Positions 41,306 to 55,296 of a stretch of 64,000 nt of DNA are shown here, one piece after another (position 1 is the stretch's first letter; each line of letters begins with the position of its first letter). This DNA is from Chrysomallon squamiferum (lineage: Eukaryota; Animalia; Mollusca): the NCBI GenBank assembly GCA_012295275.1, contig CM022670.1, positions 41,912,001-41,976,000 on the forward strand. Direction: 5' to 3'. The notes below the pieces were generated by a model. The model ran no database searches and had not been told where the DNA came from. It saw nothing but the letters and a program-made list of their open reading frames with translations. The position numbers were made by a program, and so were the translations under genes.

Positions 41306-44043
41306 TTCGTTAAGACGCGAGCGACAGATCAAGTCATTGACATTCTTTTTGTTGTTTTTGCTCAAACAGTCCAGTTCTTTATTACAATTTTTTTTTAAAT
41401 GTTTCTCTGCAACGTTTTGTAACAATAAAATATCAGTAACAGAACAATTCGCACACCTTCTCTAATGAAAGGCTGTAATAAACAATAGGCTTGTAGTTTT
41501 ATTTTAAGGGTTGATGAGAACTGCTTGTCCTGTTCCAAGATGTTAGGAATCTGTGTTAGCCTGACTCTGTGAGAAGTCACTGTATCGTTCCACTATCACT
41601 GACAAAGGAGGAAATGTCTAGAAGAATATTTAAGATTTCGTGTTCTCGCTTGTTTGGGTTTCCATGATCGGCAGACAAGCGTGTCACCCCGCTCACTCAG
41701 GTGTTAACAGCCAAAGCTAATCAAACAAAAATTCTTGTCCACCAAACAAAAATCGTTACGTTGTCAGTGAAACGGCGCACTTCGATCAGTGAATGGATGT
41801 CACCCCCAACCAGCCTGTCTACTACCTGCACAGGTATAACGTTGTGGGCTAAAACTGCCTCGTGCTACGAAACGTTTCCATGGTTACAAGCTCAATATAG
41901 AATGCTCATCGGCAACGGATTTGCAATTAAATCCGGGGTCCAGGAAGACCGCTGTGTTGAGAGGATTGGTCGCACCCTGACAGCGGTGCTGGACATGCTT
42001 TCTGCCAGACGCTGCTCACGTTGTCACCACCGTGGCGCCACCGCTTCCACGACGTGTTCAGAGAGAGAGGTTTGGGCAGGGATGTGGAAAGCTCATTGTG
42101 AGAGAAATAAAAGCAGCGTGTATCGATCGTCAGATGAGGAACTCTGACTCCACACCTTAGATCCCTCGACTAATTATCCCGCATTAGGCTCGGATTTGAA
42201 CCCGACAATTGATGAATGGCGCTGTAGTTTTTCCTCGCCGAGGAGAACACAGACTTAATAAGACACTGCGCAGCACCAGATCCAGTCACGCACAAAAAAC
42301 TATTATACCACGTTTACAGCATCCGCTGTGAATATTATTTTTTCTAAATCTCTATTGAACACTGGTATGTACTGAAGAACAAAAAGTTGCCACAACAGTA
42401 GGTTGTCTTTTTTTTTTTTTTTCTAGAAGCGTTTCATCTTGTCGCGAATTGTTATGTTCTAGAGCTAACAAAGAACTGACACTGGAAATATTGTTTTATG
42501 AACTGTTATGATAGCACACTCACATACAAATCATACCTAAACAATTGACTTCACCCTCCACATATCGATTTTAGATTTGCAAGCGTTTCGTTTAAACAGG
42601 AACCTGATAAAGATGAATGGAGTCGACTTCGGTTCTCTCACAAACAGTCTAACATGTCACAGTTAGTGCCAGGGTTCAAGAATCGCAGCCAATAGAAAAC
42701 ATTATATATAAGCAATTATATACATCATACATACATTACACACATACATACATACTTACATACATTACACACATACATACATTCACACATACATAATACA
42801 TTCATACATTCATATATACATACATACACACATACATACATACATTCATACATACATACATAACACATTCATACATACATTACATACATACATACATACA
42901 TACAAACATTACACACATACATACATACAAACATTACACACATACATACATACACACACATACACACACATACTTACATACATACATACGTACATACATA
43001 ACACATACATACATACATACATTCATATATACATACTTACATACATACATACGTACATACATAACACATACATACATACACACATATATACGTACACTTA
43101 CAGTGTGATTAAAAATATATAAAATAATCAGCTATGTAATAAACGGTAAAAATATAACTAATAAGAAAAATAATAATAAATGCTTAAAGACATAATTACA
43201 TAAAGAGAACTTTGAAAATAATGACCGACAGAAAAAGACTATCATCTCTTCGATACAAAACGAATTGCTCATGTTATTTAATTCGGAACATATCGGAAAT
43301 GTCCGATTTATGAAAAATATCCGAGAAGTGACGAAGCCCATGGAACGGGTCGGAAGACAACATAGATCGAGCAGTGATTGATTGCGCGTGACACAGTCAG
43401 CCATGAAACACACAATAGAGATCGACTGGACAAACAAACAGCGGAACAAAGCTGTGTGATTAGACATCAGTTGTACCCACCACGTTAAATACAAGTTAAA
43501 TTATCACAAAACGTCAGCCCTTGTTTCCTGTACAACATACCACTTTGTTTTTCACTTAGCAGTATAAATATACGTACATATATAATTTAAGTTGGAATAA
43601 AAATATTTGTCCATTTTTAAATTTCAACTTTATAATTTCCATATGTTTTATACAGCCATCGTAGTAAATATTAAAGAAAAAAACAGAAGTAAATAGAACT
43701 AATTAACTAAATTAATAGATAAATAATTGTTTGACGATGTTATGACGTGTTATTACTGTATGGAGTATATATAAATGATATCATAATGTCATGACGTAAT
43801 ACAAGTAGCGTCTTTATCATTTTACTTTTAATTAGATGGCAGAAGGGTTGAATAATGAATGTAAAAAAAATAATAATAAAAAGACAAATAAAGAAATAAT
43901 GTGTTTTAATGTTCTTGCAATTATATATGGCGAATAATTTATGTTATTTATTTATTTACTTCACTTATTTACTTACTTATTTCTGTATTGGTTTATTTGT
44001 TTTGATATACTAACCGAGCAATAATTTGATCAAACTGGCAAGA

Positions 44044-44097
<54 letters not shown>

Positions 44098-45994
44098 TAA
44101 TAAATATATACATAAATATTTAAATAAATATATGAATGAAGAGGCAGATAACTTAAATAAAGATACTTCTACAGTTTTAGTTTAAATGTTCAATACACCT
44201 TACAAATATTATTAGAATATTGAAGATTCAGTCATTTTTGTTCAATCCTTTTTTAACTGTTATTATATATATTGTTATATTTTGGTGTACTTAAATATAT
44301 GATTTTTACATGTTTTTTTTTTTGTTTGTTTTTTTTGCCGTGTGTGTTAAAGGTTTGCGTGCGTGTATTTGTGTATCCGTTTAAGAAGACAAGTATTAAA
44401 GGATTTATGGGGAAAAGTCTTGAATGAGAAGAAAGAATTGAAATAAAATGAAGTAACAACAAAGTGTTTTAAATGAAATATTTACCACATCGATACGTAT
44501 GAAGAATGAGCTGTATTTAGTTCAGACTCTTGTGTTCACTGCGCCAGCCTCTCGACAAGGCGCGGTGGAAAAAGGAAGCCGTGAGCACCGTGTTCGCTAT
44601 TAGCAAGTAACCACGCAACGCGACCACCTCTGTTCCACACTGATCTGTTTACCAAACCAGGCACAATGAGACAAGTCGTTTCTTCCTGCACGCTCATCCT
44701 CTCTCGTACCAAGCCCCTACGTTACCATGACAACTGATGAATGCTTGTTCAGAAGGTGCGTTTCCAAGCAGAGGACGATTCCTGTCGTTACCCATTAAAG
44801 CTACCTTCTTTATGAGACATTACAATACCTGCTGGCCGACCATCATGCTTACTCATTCGACCGAAGCACCTGTATAAAATTTTAAATACTTGATAATTTT
44901 TCCTCACAGAACTGTATCGATTGGGCTTTAGTTTGGAAAGCGGGGATAATTGCCCAAGTTATGAATACACTTTAGAAAACGCGGAGCCAAGGACCGGGCT
45001 CGCTCGCTCTGCAGGTAAAGCGCTATTGATCGGCGCGGAAGGTAGATGCCATCAACACATCACAAAGGTGTACGTTCAGCGTACAAGAGCCTTTATGTGG
45101 GAACCGAGAAACAGCGGAGCAATTCTTAACTCTCGTCATCTGTTAACAACACATTTCTTCTTCTTTTTTTAAAAAAGAAACAACAGGAAATCATATCTAT
45201 ATCTGTATCTGTAACTATATCTATATGTGTGTGTGTGTGTGTGTGTAAATATAAGGCAAAGACAAAAACAAGTTTTGTATTTGTTGTTGTCTGTGTTTTA
45301 TATGATTTATGTCAAAAAAAGAAATGAAAAGAAAATTATGAGAAGAAGAAGAAAACATGAATGAATAAAAAGAATGAAAAGAAAGGATAAGAAATAAAGA
45401 AGAGATAATATGAGAAAGAAGAAAACAGAAATTAAAGGAAGAAGAAGAAGAAAGAAGAAGACGTATTTAAAAAAAAAAATCTGATGGACGAGTTGGAATC
45501 TAATTTTGGGTGTTTGAAAAGAGGAAAGTTTTAAGGTTTCTGATCGATTTGGTTATCGGCGCGAGGTTTGACCTGCCTGTCAAGAGTTTAAACGGAAAGA
45601 AAATAGAAAACATAATTTTGACAACACGAAGAAGGGAATTTTATGGGTTAAGCGGTTCGTGGTGATAAATAATTCACAAGTGCAGATTCAGATGTGGTTT
45701 TCAGTGAGGCGTTGTTCCCATGGTGAAACTGTGTGGAGTCGAGACTGCACCGTCATGAATAAACCTGGCAGTGGAGACGGGAGCCGGTTTATTGATCGCC
45801 AGTTCTAAGAGGAAGCCGAAAGCCAGAGCCGTGCTGCTGTCAGATTGTGGAGGGCCTCGCACTACATAATTTATGAATCAGTTATCTCTGTTTCCAGTAG
45901 CAAGGTGATGAATAGCAGCCAGACAGCATGAATAATTTTAAACTTATCTTTTATTTCTTCTTACAACTGTCTTAACCGAGAGTCAAAACTCTTT

Positions 45995-46090
<96 letters not shown>

Positions 46091-46384
46091 CCTCCCTCCC
46101 TCTTCCTCCCTCCCTCTTCCCTCCCTCCCTCTTCCCTCCCTCCCTCTCTCTCTTATTTATGTTCGATTTGAAAGGCAAACAATTGCGGTAATACAAAATA
46201 TTATCACTGATATAAATTCTTCGTTTAAATTATCTATTTTATTTATTTTTATTTTTATTTTTATTTTTTTTATTTCTATTTTTTATTTTATTTTATTTTA
46301 TTTGTTTTTTTGATGGGTGATGTGTAAACTTCTTGGTAAGGGAAATACATGAAGTGTGTAGATAAACCTGAGAGCTGGTAGAGA

Positions 46385-46805
46385 GGGAGACAGAGAGAAA
46401 CGCTGAGATATACAGCCAAACAGAGAGACAGACAGCCATAGACAAAACACAGAGACAAATAGACAGACAGATTGACAGAGAGAACTGCAGAGATAGACAG
46501 ACAGACAGAGAGACAGAGAGACAGACAGCCATAGACAAAACAAGAGACAAATAGACAGACAGATTGACAGAGAGAACTGCAGAGATAGACAGACAGACAG
46601 AGAGACAGAGAGACAGACAGCCATGACAAAACACAGAGATAGACAGACAGACAGAGCAGACAGACAGACAGACAGAGAGACAGAGAGACAGACAGCCATA
46701 GACAAAACACAGAGACAAATAGACAGACAGATTGACAGAGAGAACTGCAGTCACAGACAGAGAGACAGAGAGAACTGCAGAGACAGACAGAGAGACAGAC
46801 AGAGA
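46385..46805. repeat. Higher-order (GACA/GA)-based tandem repeat
   Basis: Recurring cagacagccatagacaaaacacagagacaaatagacagacagattgacagagagaactgcag blocks. Confidence 0.9.
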
Positions 46806-49800
46806 GCATTGTGTGATTACTCAGGGAAAGTGATTTGTGTGATGAGTCTCCTGGGGACACTCGCATGTTACACCCACTGAGTTCGTCTCCCGCGGGACGA
46901 AACTGAAGAAGGGTGAGGCAAGAAGACGCCAGAAAGTGAAAACTGGTTAAAACAGGATCAAAGGAAACTGAGTGACACACACGCAAATACACACACACAC
47001 GTAAATACATACAGACGCACACACATATACATACATAATCAGAAAAACATAGATGAACTGTTTATATTGAATCCTATTTATAGAAATCACGAAGGACCTT
47101 TTGACGTATTCAGATGCAATATTCAAATGAAACAAATTTATGATTCAAATTGCGTACCAGAGCCATCACTATATAATTTACAGTTCAGTTCAAAATAAAA
47201 CAGTATACTTCCAAAACAAAGCTAAGTACATAAAAAATATCAAACTCATACAAACATCTGCACATGATCAAAATATAATTTAACATAAAATTGTTTAAAA
47301 AAAAAATAAAAAAAAAAAAAAAATTTAAAAATAAAAATAAAAAAAATCAATGTACAGAATGCCAGACAAACTTGAAAAGCAGTCCAGTAACGTAATTGAA
47401 ACCAGTTACATTAAACTACTCATACAGAAGGCCAGCATATACTCATTACTCAAACAACATCCTCGGAAACATGGCCTTACAACTCAAACAAAACACATGA
47501 AGATATAATACACAGAGCAAAAAACACCGCACATTAAAATATACTTAAAATTCAAACAGCATACAACAATAATATATTTTATGGCATAATTTCGAATGTA
47601 CTTGCAGTGGACAAGTAGACGTCCTCCCCCCCCCGACCTAGTTAAAGTAGACGTGGTGACGTTAAGCCAGTATGGCAGTAGGGAAAGGAGTAATTGATTA
47701 TCGGACGTCAGGGTTTTTCTAGGCTTGAAAATACAATACGCAGTGATGAGAGGTGTTTTTCAGCTCAAACAGCTTCTTTGTACACTCCGCTCTTTGAGTC
47801 CAGCCAAACACCTGTGTCCAGCGCGTGCTGCAGCGCACACCGCGCATGCTCAAAACAGCTAATACTGGGTTATATGCGACCTCAAATTAAGAAAAGTGGA
47901 ATTTTCTTTTTTTTTTTTTTTTTTTTTGTTTTTGTATCGCTATATAACAACCTGATTGTTACTGTTTACACATATTTACGTTAGTTCAACCGGTAAAACT
48001 GAAATAGCAACGCGGAGAGTCATCGTTCAAATCGTATGACAGGCAAAGAATTTTATTTTATTTTTCAAAATTGTTATTTAAAATTTTATACTGTTATTAA
48101 TTTTACGTTACAACTTTTGTGTGAAAAACATAAAAAAATTATTTTCTGAAACATTTCAAATGAATTTCTGACTTCTCAGTTATGATGTTTGAAAGGTCCA
48201 ATGATGTCAGAGAGAAGGTAAATAAGAAAACTGTACGAACTGTTAACAGTTTGATTAACCTCTTCTGACATAATAACACTAACAGTTTAACTGTTTATTC
48301 TGGCACTAAAAGTGTACATAATATCAACAGTTTGTTTAACTTTTTCTAGAACTAAAACTGTACATAATAATTTTAACAATTTGCTTAACTTTTTCTAGAA
48401 GTATTTTTTTTAGACACAACGCTAACGTAAAGCAAGTTGACGGAGTTAAGTAATATTTACATTGAAAATGATGTGAACGTCTTAGAAAAGAAAAAAAAGT
48501 AAATAAGATAAAATATTATCCCGACTGAGAGACACCCACATAGTCAAAATCAATACCTGCAAGAAATCCATTCCACTTTTAGTGTTGCTTAGCAACGCGT
48601 CTACCTGTCGTTAATTCAGATGAACTAATTCGTTTAAAACTCAACTCCGTTTGCATCCTAAGTCGTTTTGCTGTTGTTGTTTTTCTACGTTAAAACAGGT
48701 AAAAGTTCTAATCAGTCTGTTTACGTGTAGGTCAGTGGTTAGACTGCTCGTCTCAGAAGTGAGATATATATGTGTGTATTTAACACAACAATAATTATTA
48801 TTATTTATCATTATTATCATCAAACACCGTGTCTCAGTGAGTATACACAAAAACAAAAAGGAAGAAAAAAAACCAAAAAAAAAAACCGAACAAGCTGGAC
48901 TGCTAGAGAAAAGACGAGGATCTACTCTATTCATCATTATTCCAAAACCCACGTGCTTGGAGTTGCTAACATTTAATATATAAATATTAATTCTTGTTTA
49001 TATCGTAAAAACAAAACAGATTTTATGTTTTTTAAACCTGAATACTAAACACATCTGTTAATTAGGAGACAGCAAGTAAATGAAAGAAAAAGAAACTTTT
49101 TTAAAAACCAAAAATAAATTGTGATTGAAAAAAGAGAAACTATTTTTAAAGTTAATGTTTATCAAAATGTACACTTTGTCACAAAAACAAAGAAACAAAC
49201 TATATCACTCTTTTTCTAAATTAAAATGAAATAATAATAGCAAATAACGTACCTTTTCTTTTTTTCAGGAAGAAGAAGAAAAAAGAATTCTCTCTAATGA
49301 AAAAAGTTAACTGAGTGAAGAAACAAAAGACAAAATTCTAAAAAATCAATAACTCTAGATAATGGAGGAAAACCCCTATCGGCAATAATGGAATATTAAA
49401 AAAGTTCGATTCACTGCATCCGTTCAATGGAAAAGGGTCATTTCGTGTCCCCATGGTTACCTTTTGTTCCTGTCGCGAGGGCCGCACGTGCCCCTTATAC
49501 CTGCGAAGTAAAGAAAGAGAGGGGAACACATGTCGGTAATTGCAGGGACAGGTGCTCGCGGGGTCACGAAAACAACGCCATCTGGTGGACAGGTCAGATA
49601 ATTCACAATGAGGCGATTTATTGACGGGACGTCTCGGGTGCCATTGTCGACGCCTCCGTCGAGTTTCGAGTGTCTGTGATAGGCTTATTGTGGAAGACGT
49701 CTTTTCACGAGGGCAGACGTAAAGCTGGGCAGAGTGGGGGTATTGTGCAAACTCTGAAACACTCACAGTTGTCGTATTAGTTTTCTTTTTGTCCAAACCG

Positions 49801-50574
49801 CTATCCTCTTGACCCTAGTTTAATATTCAGTGCTCGAGTGATCAAAGAGGCAATATTAACGAGACAATTATACTCCAGAGTGTACTTTTAAAACGTAATA
49901 ATACTTGTGTTTACAGCACTTCTTTTACAAACATTTATACATACATGGCTTTTAGACGTACTGACATGCACACACAAAAACACATATTTGGATATATGCA
50001 TATGCACACACGCATAACTGATGGCCTAGCTGTCACCTGTAAAGTTATACTGAGCTAAGTCCAAAAGAGACACAAGAGTAAAACCGAAATTAAAATGAAA
50101 ATGAGAAAATAATATATAATAAAATAAAATTAATTAATTAAAAAAATAAAAATAACAATAATTTGACGTTCGGGTGGCTCGAAGACGAATGATTCATTCC
50201 TAATTATAATTAAGCGGTTAACGTTGTTTAATTTTTAACATAAAACATCAGCAACTTTTTACATTACAAATCACTGCTATGGAAATTACACGGTTAAAGG
50301 ATAAAAAAAGAGCAATCTTTCTAATAACTTATAAAATTTTAACAACACAAGAATTTCTAAACCGGTACAAAGAGTAGAATGAAAACTGTTCTAACTGAAA
50401 GCAAATCTTAATGAAAGGAATATTAAATGAGATGATATCATTGATACATACTGAATCAGAATTTTGAAAAAAAAGGAGAAAAGGTAAAAAAAATAACAAA
50501 GGAAAGAAGGAAAAAGAAGGCTGGAAACGAAATATTATTATTCAGTTGAAAAGTTTGCATGAAAACATTCTTAC

Positions 50575-50671
50575 CTTTTCCTAAGTCGCTCGTTTGACCG
50601 CTAGGTGTCTCTGCTGCAGGGCACGGGGACTGCTCTCTGCTTCGCTCACTGTCTCCGCTCGACATACTTTC
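50575..50671 (-). CDS. NOL4: NOL4-like exon (ESMSSGDSERSREQSP...LGK)
   Basis: Acceptor TTACAG|GAA (phase 0) and donor AAAG|GTAAGA (phase 1) bridge exons 62244-62510 and 40095-40282 in frame. Confidence 0.78.
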
Positions 50672-51849
50672 CTGTAATGAAATAAACGAAATCAAAACCT
50701 CAACTTCGGTCATTATGATGACATAAAAACATGTTACAATGAACGTTCTAGAGAAAAAAAAAGGCCAGTTGATAACAGTTTATCTTAATGTCTGCGTCAC
50801 TGGACAGGAATTTTGGCAGATCAAGAACTAATTTTTGTTTCTGGTCGCAAGTCTTCCTCTTCGCTAACGTCACTGGCTTTCATGCCTCAAATTCGTTTTT
50901 ATATTTAAATATTAACAGTCAGACACTAAACACTGAAACTGTTACTTATATAATATTACTGTGTGCGTGTATGTTTTGTCTGCGTATGTGTGCGTGTATG
51001 TTTTGTGTGCGTATGTGTGCATGTATGTTTCGTGTGCTTATGTGTACGTGTATGTTTTGTGTTTGTCTGTGCGTCTGTCTGTACGGCGGACTGTCGGCGT
51101 AGTGCAGTGTAGATAATGAACGTTTGAGATTGTAAAACAAGTGTGTGTGAAATGTCTGTGCATTCTGTCACATACTTTCTATTACTTGAATCTAATCGTG
51201 AAATAGAAATAATTACTGTACTACTACTATTACTACTTCAGTTGTTACCTTTACTACTTGTATTATTATTACTACTACTACTACAATTATTACAATTACT
51301 ACTATTGCTACTATTACTATAACTAGTATGCGGCTGTTACAACCACTACTACTATTACTACTACAATTATTACTAAAGTATTACTATTACCACTGCTACT
51401 ACTATTATTACTGCTCATATTTGTATTAGTACTACTACTACTATTACTACGACCATTACCACAATTATTTATAACTAACTACTACTACTGCCACTATTAC
51501 TAACATTACATTTACAACTTCTACAGTTACGTCAATGCTAAATAAAACAAAGCTTTAAAGGGATAAAAATGAGATTTGTAAACTGTTCACCAAGTTTCCT
51601 TCTACTGTGGAGACATGCTGACTTTTTTAATCTTTGTTTTTCTTTATTTCAGATTAGGTTCAAAATTTGTTTTGAAATCACTGAGAACACAAGGGATGAG
51701 ATGTTTGTTGTAAACTTTGACACTAGGAAGGGGAGGAGAAACACAAAAAAAAATTTATAAACAAAACTTATATCACTTTGATTTTCCTCTTTTGTATCTC
51801 TAATGTCTCTGTTTTCCTCTTCGTACTTGTACACGTAGTAAATACGTTT

Positions 51850-51946
51850 ATGTATGTATGTATGTATGTATGTATGTATGTATGTATGTATGTATGTATG
51901 TATGTATGTATGTATGTATGTATGTATGTATGTATGTATGTATGTA

Positions 51947-52001
<55 letters not shown>

Positions 52002-52057
52002 ATGTATGTATGTATGTATGTATGTATGTATGTATGTATGTATGTATGTATGTATGT

Positions 52058-52097
<40 letters not shown>

Positions 52098-52264
52098 ATG
52101 TATGTATGTATGTATGTATGTATGTATGTATGTGTGTGTGTGTGTGTGTGTGTATGTGTGTATGTATGTATGTATGTATGTATGTATGTATGTATGTATG
52201 TATGTATGTATGTATGTATGTATGTATGTATGTATGTGTGTATGTATGTATGTATGTATGTATG

Positions 52265-52296
<32 letters not shown>

Positions 52297-52326
52297 TGTA
52301 TGTATGTATATGGGTATGTATATGTG
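51850..52326. repeat. (TATG)n/(TG)n microsatellite
   Basis: Directly visible. Confidence 0.98.
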
Positions 52327-52406
52327 TATTACAGCTACCATTAGCAATATTAGGTAAAATAAAATTTAAAAAATAAAATTAATAAAATTACATAAAATTT
52401 AAAAAA

Positions 52407-52439
<33 letters not shown>

Positions 52440-52838
52440 AAATAAAATAAAACAAAAGTGACTTAAACAGATGAAATGAAATGGCATTTACAACAACAGC
52501 TACTACTGCTACTGTAATATGACGACATCTACTACACCTTTATTAGCGTTAACATAACAGTTTATGAAACAACTGTAACAACTGATAATTAAAACAGCAA
52601 TGAAATAAAAGAAAACAGTTTTCATTGCGTCATCGCATTCTGTAGTCTTTAATATTTGAATAAATTATTATATTAGTGAATGATATTAAATCGTAATGGT
52701 AATAAAAATAACAATGAGAATAATAATGATGATAATAATAATAATGAAGTCACTGATGACTGAGATGATAATGAAGGGCGAATAACGATGATAACAACAA
52801 CAACAACAATAATGACAATAATAATAAAATAATAATAA

Positions 52839-52874
<36 letters not shown>

Positions 52875-52926
52875 TAATAATAATAAAATAAAAATATAAT
52901 AATAATGATAATAATAATAATAATAA

Positions 52927-52967
<41 letters not shown>

Positions 52968-52981
52968 TAATATTATAATAA

Positions 52982-53030
<49 letters not shown>

Positions 53031-55172
53031 TAATAAAATAATAATAATAATAATAATGATGATGATGATTATAAAAGAAATGAAAGTTGAAATGGCGGTG
53101 TGATGGAGCAGTGCAGTGATTATGATGCGGGTTATTTGCAAAACTGTTTTTCTTCTGACCTCTTCCATTGTACAAGTCACAGAGTGGGTTTTACAGGCTG
53201 TGTTTTAACATAAACTAAATATGTCACATTTTTATAGCTATTTTTAAATGAAACACATTAATAATTCACTACACATATATACAGACACATACATACGTAC
53301 TTTCACACATACATACATACACACACAGACACACACACATACACATACATAGTGACTTACATACATATACATATATATATACACACAAGCACACATACAT
53401 AGATATATAATATATTAAAGATTTCAAAAAGAAAAAAGAAAATATTACTGAACCCTTTTTTGTTTTGAACGTACAGAAACACAATATAATGCACACACAC
53501 ACAAAAAAAAAATTAAAAATATAAATGTGATCTGTATTTTGTTTGTCAGCTAATTTCACAGTGTATTTATAACAATAATTCATTATAACCTTTTTTTTTT
53601 TTAATTCCAGTTCCCTAACAAATCAAATTAGTCCTGTATCCGTTCTCCTGGGACTTTCCCCTGCCTAATCACAAACCTGTTGTCAGGTGTGCGACAGGTG
53701 CGACGTAGGTAAATTTTCAAGCGGATCAATAAGAAAAGCGCCACATACACATGTACCTCTGAGCCATGGGTGTCGCGTACTGAGAGAGATGAGTTTACTA
53801 TGCCCAGGTATTGATTAGTGCGCGCGCTGTCAGGTACTCCAAGTTACACTGCCTCGATGTGTTCCTTCAGCCTGTGTCGTTGTGGTGTTAGTCGCTGTTG
53901 TTGTAGCCGCAGTAGTCCAGTGATGAGTTGTTCTAGTTGTTTTTGTGGTTGTAGTTGTAGTAGTGGTTGTCGTGAATGAGTTTGTAGATGAAGTCCTAAT
54001 GATTATGGGTGTTGGTGTAGTAGTGGTAATGGATGTAGTCGTAATGAATGTGGTTGTAGTTGTAGTCGTAATGAATGTGGTAATAGTAGTAGTTGTAATA
54101 ATACCAATGATTATATTTTTATATTTTAAAAATAACTAAGAATGATGTGTGATTATAAACGAGTAACAAAGGAACGTACAAACATATTAATCATGCACCC
54201 CACGTACACAGAAATGAGAAAAATCAAACAGAATTGTTAACACAAAAATAAGCGAGGACAAAGGAATATTTTTCGATTTTGAAAACTTAACGTTGGCAGT
54301 TTAATCTTCTATAACAACAGAATCAACAAAACTGTTTATACTGAGAACTGTAACAACGACTGTTTCCAGTGAACGAAATTCAGATAAAAACGAAAATATT
54401 TAATTACTTGTAAACATACCTGTGTCAGTTCATGCCTCCATACACAGCAGATATTGAACACAGGTAAGGTTTGAACAGGTACAGCTATCACAGGTAAGAT
54501 ATTGATTGCTAGAAATGTACGTACCTGCTTTCATGGCGGAGTGTTACTGGGCTGTGACGTACAGGGCTGTTGTCTCTGCAGTAACGGGACTAAGCGCTGT
54601 TGTTAGTTTTAGGAACAGCACCGCAACAGCTGGCTCGCGTGCCGCAGGAGTGAACGGAGCGTCCTGGGACAAACACCGAGCACCGCTCCGTCTATCGATT
54701 GCAGCCCGCCTTTGTCATGCGCGCAGACGTGAATACGTGATTCACCTATTTCAGAAGCGATAGACTCAGAGCCAGCCCCAAACGTGGGGATGAGTTTTTA
54801 GTGGCGAAAAAGCCTCAGTACTCGGTAAGCTGTGTCATTCCGCGACCCTTCGTCTCCTCGGATCAGCACAAATAGGATTTGACTTTACTAACACCTACAT
54901 CCCTGTCTCTTCAAAGAGAGCGCGACAATAAAGCTACAACTCTGATAAATAAGAAGTTTGTAACGTGGGTAATGTTACCTGATTAAGTTTCACTCGCCGC
55001 TGTCAGTTTTATAAATGTCCGTTTAAAGAAGTAATTTTAACTCGAATAACACGAATGTCTAAAAATTATGTTTGGTCATTTTAAATTATTCATTTTAACA
55101 CAAACAGCTTTGAATAATATTTAGCTACAAAACGAACAAACCCTTTAAAAAAAGATTTTGACCACAGTTACA

Positions 55173-55296
<124 letters not shown>

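Noticed and set aside
41701-42147. 148-aa plus-strand ORF (also 49338-49796, 54506-54763 and the 57.5-58.0 kb ORFs)
   Set aside because: Non-ATG starts, no recognisable domain or splice-consistent structure; likely chance ORFs in GC-richer non-coding islands.
51649-53180. Long low-complexity ORFs (YIHT, MYVC, poly-I/Y/L)
   Set aside because: Microsatellite translations.
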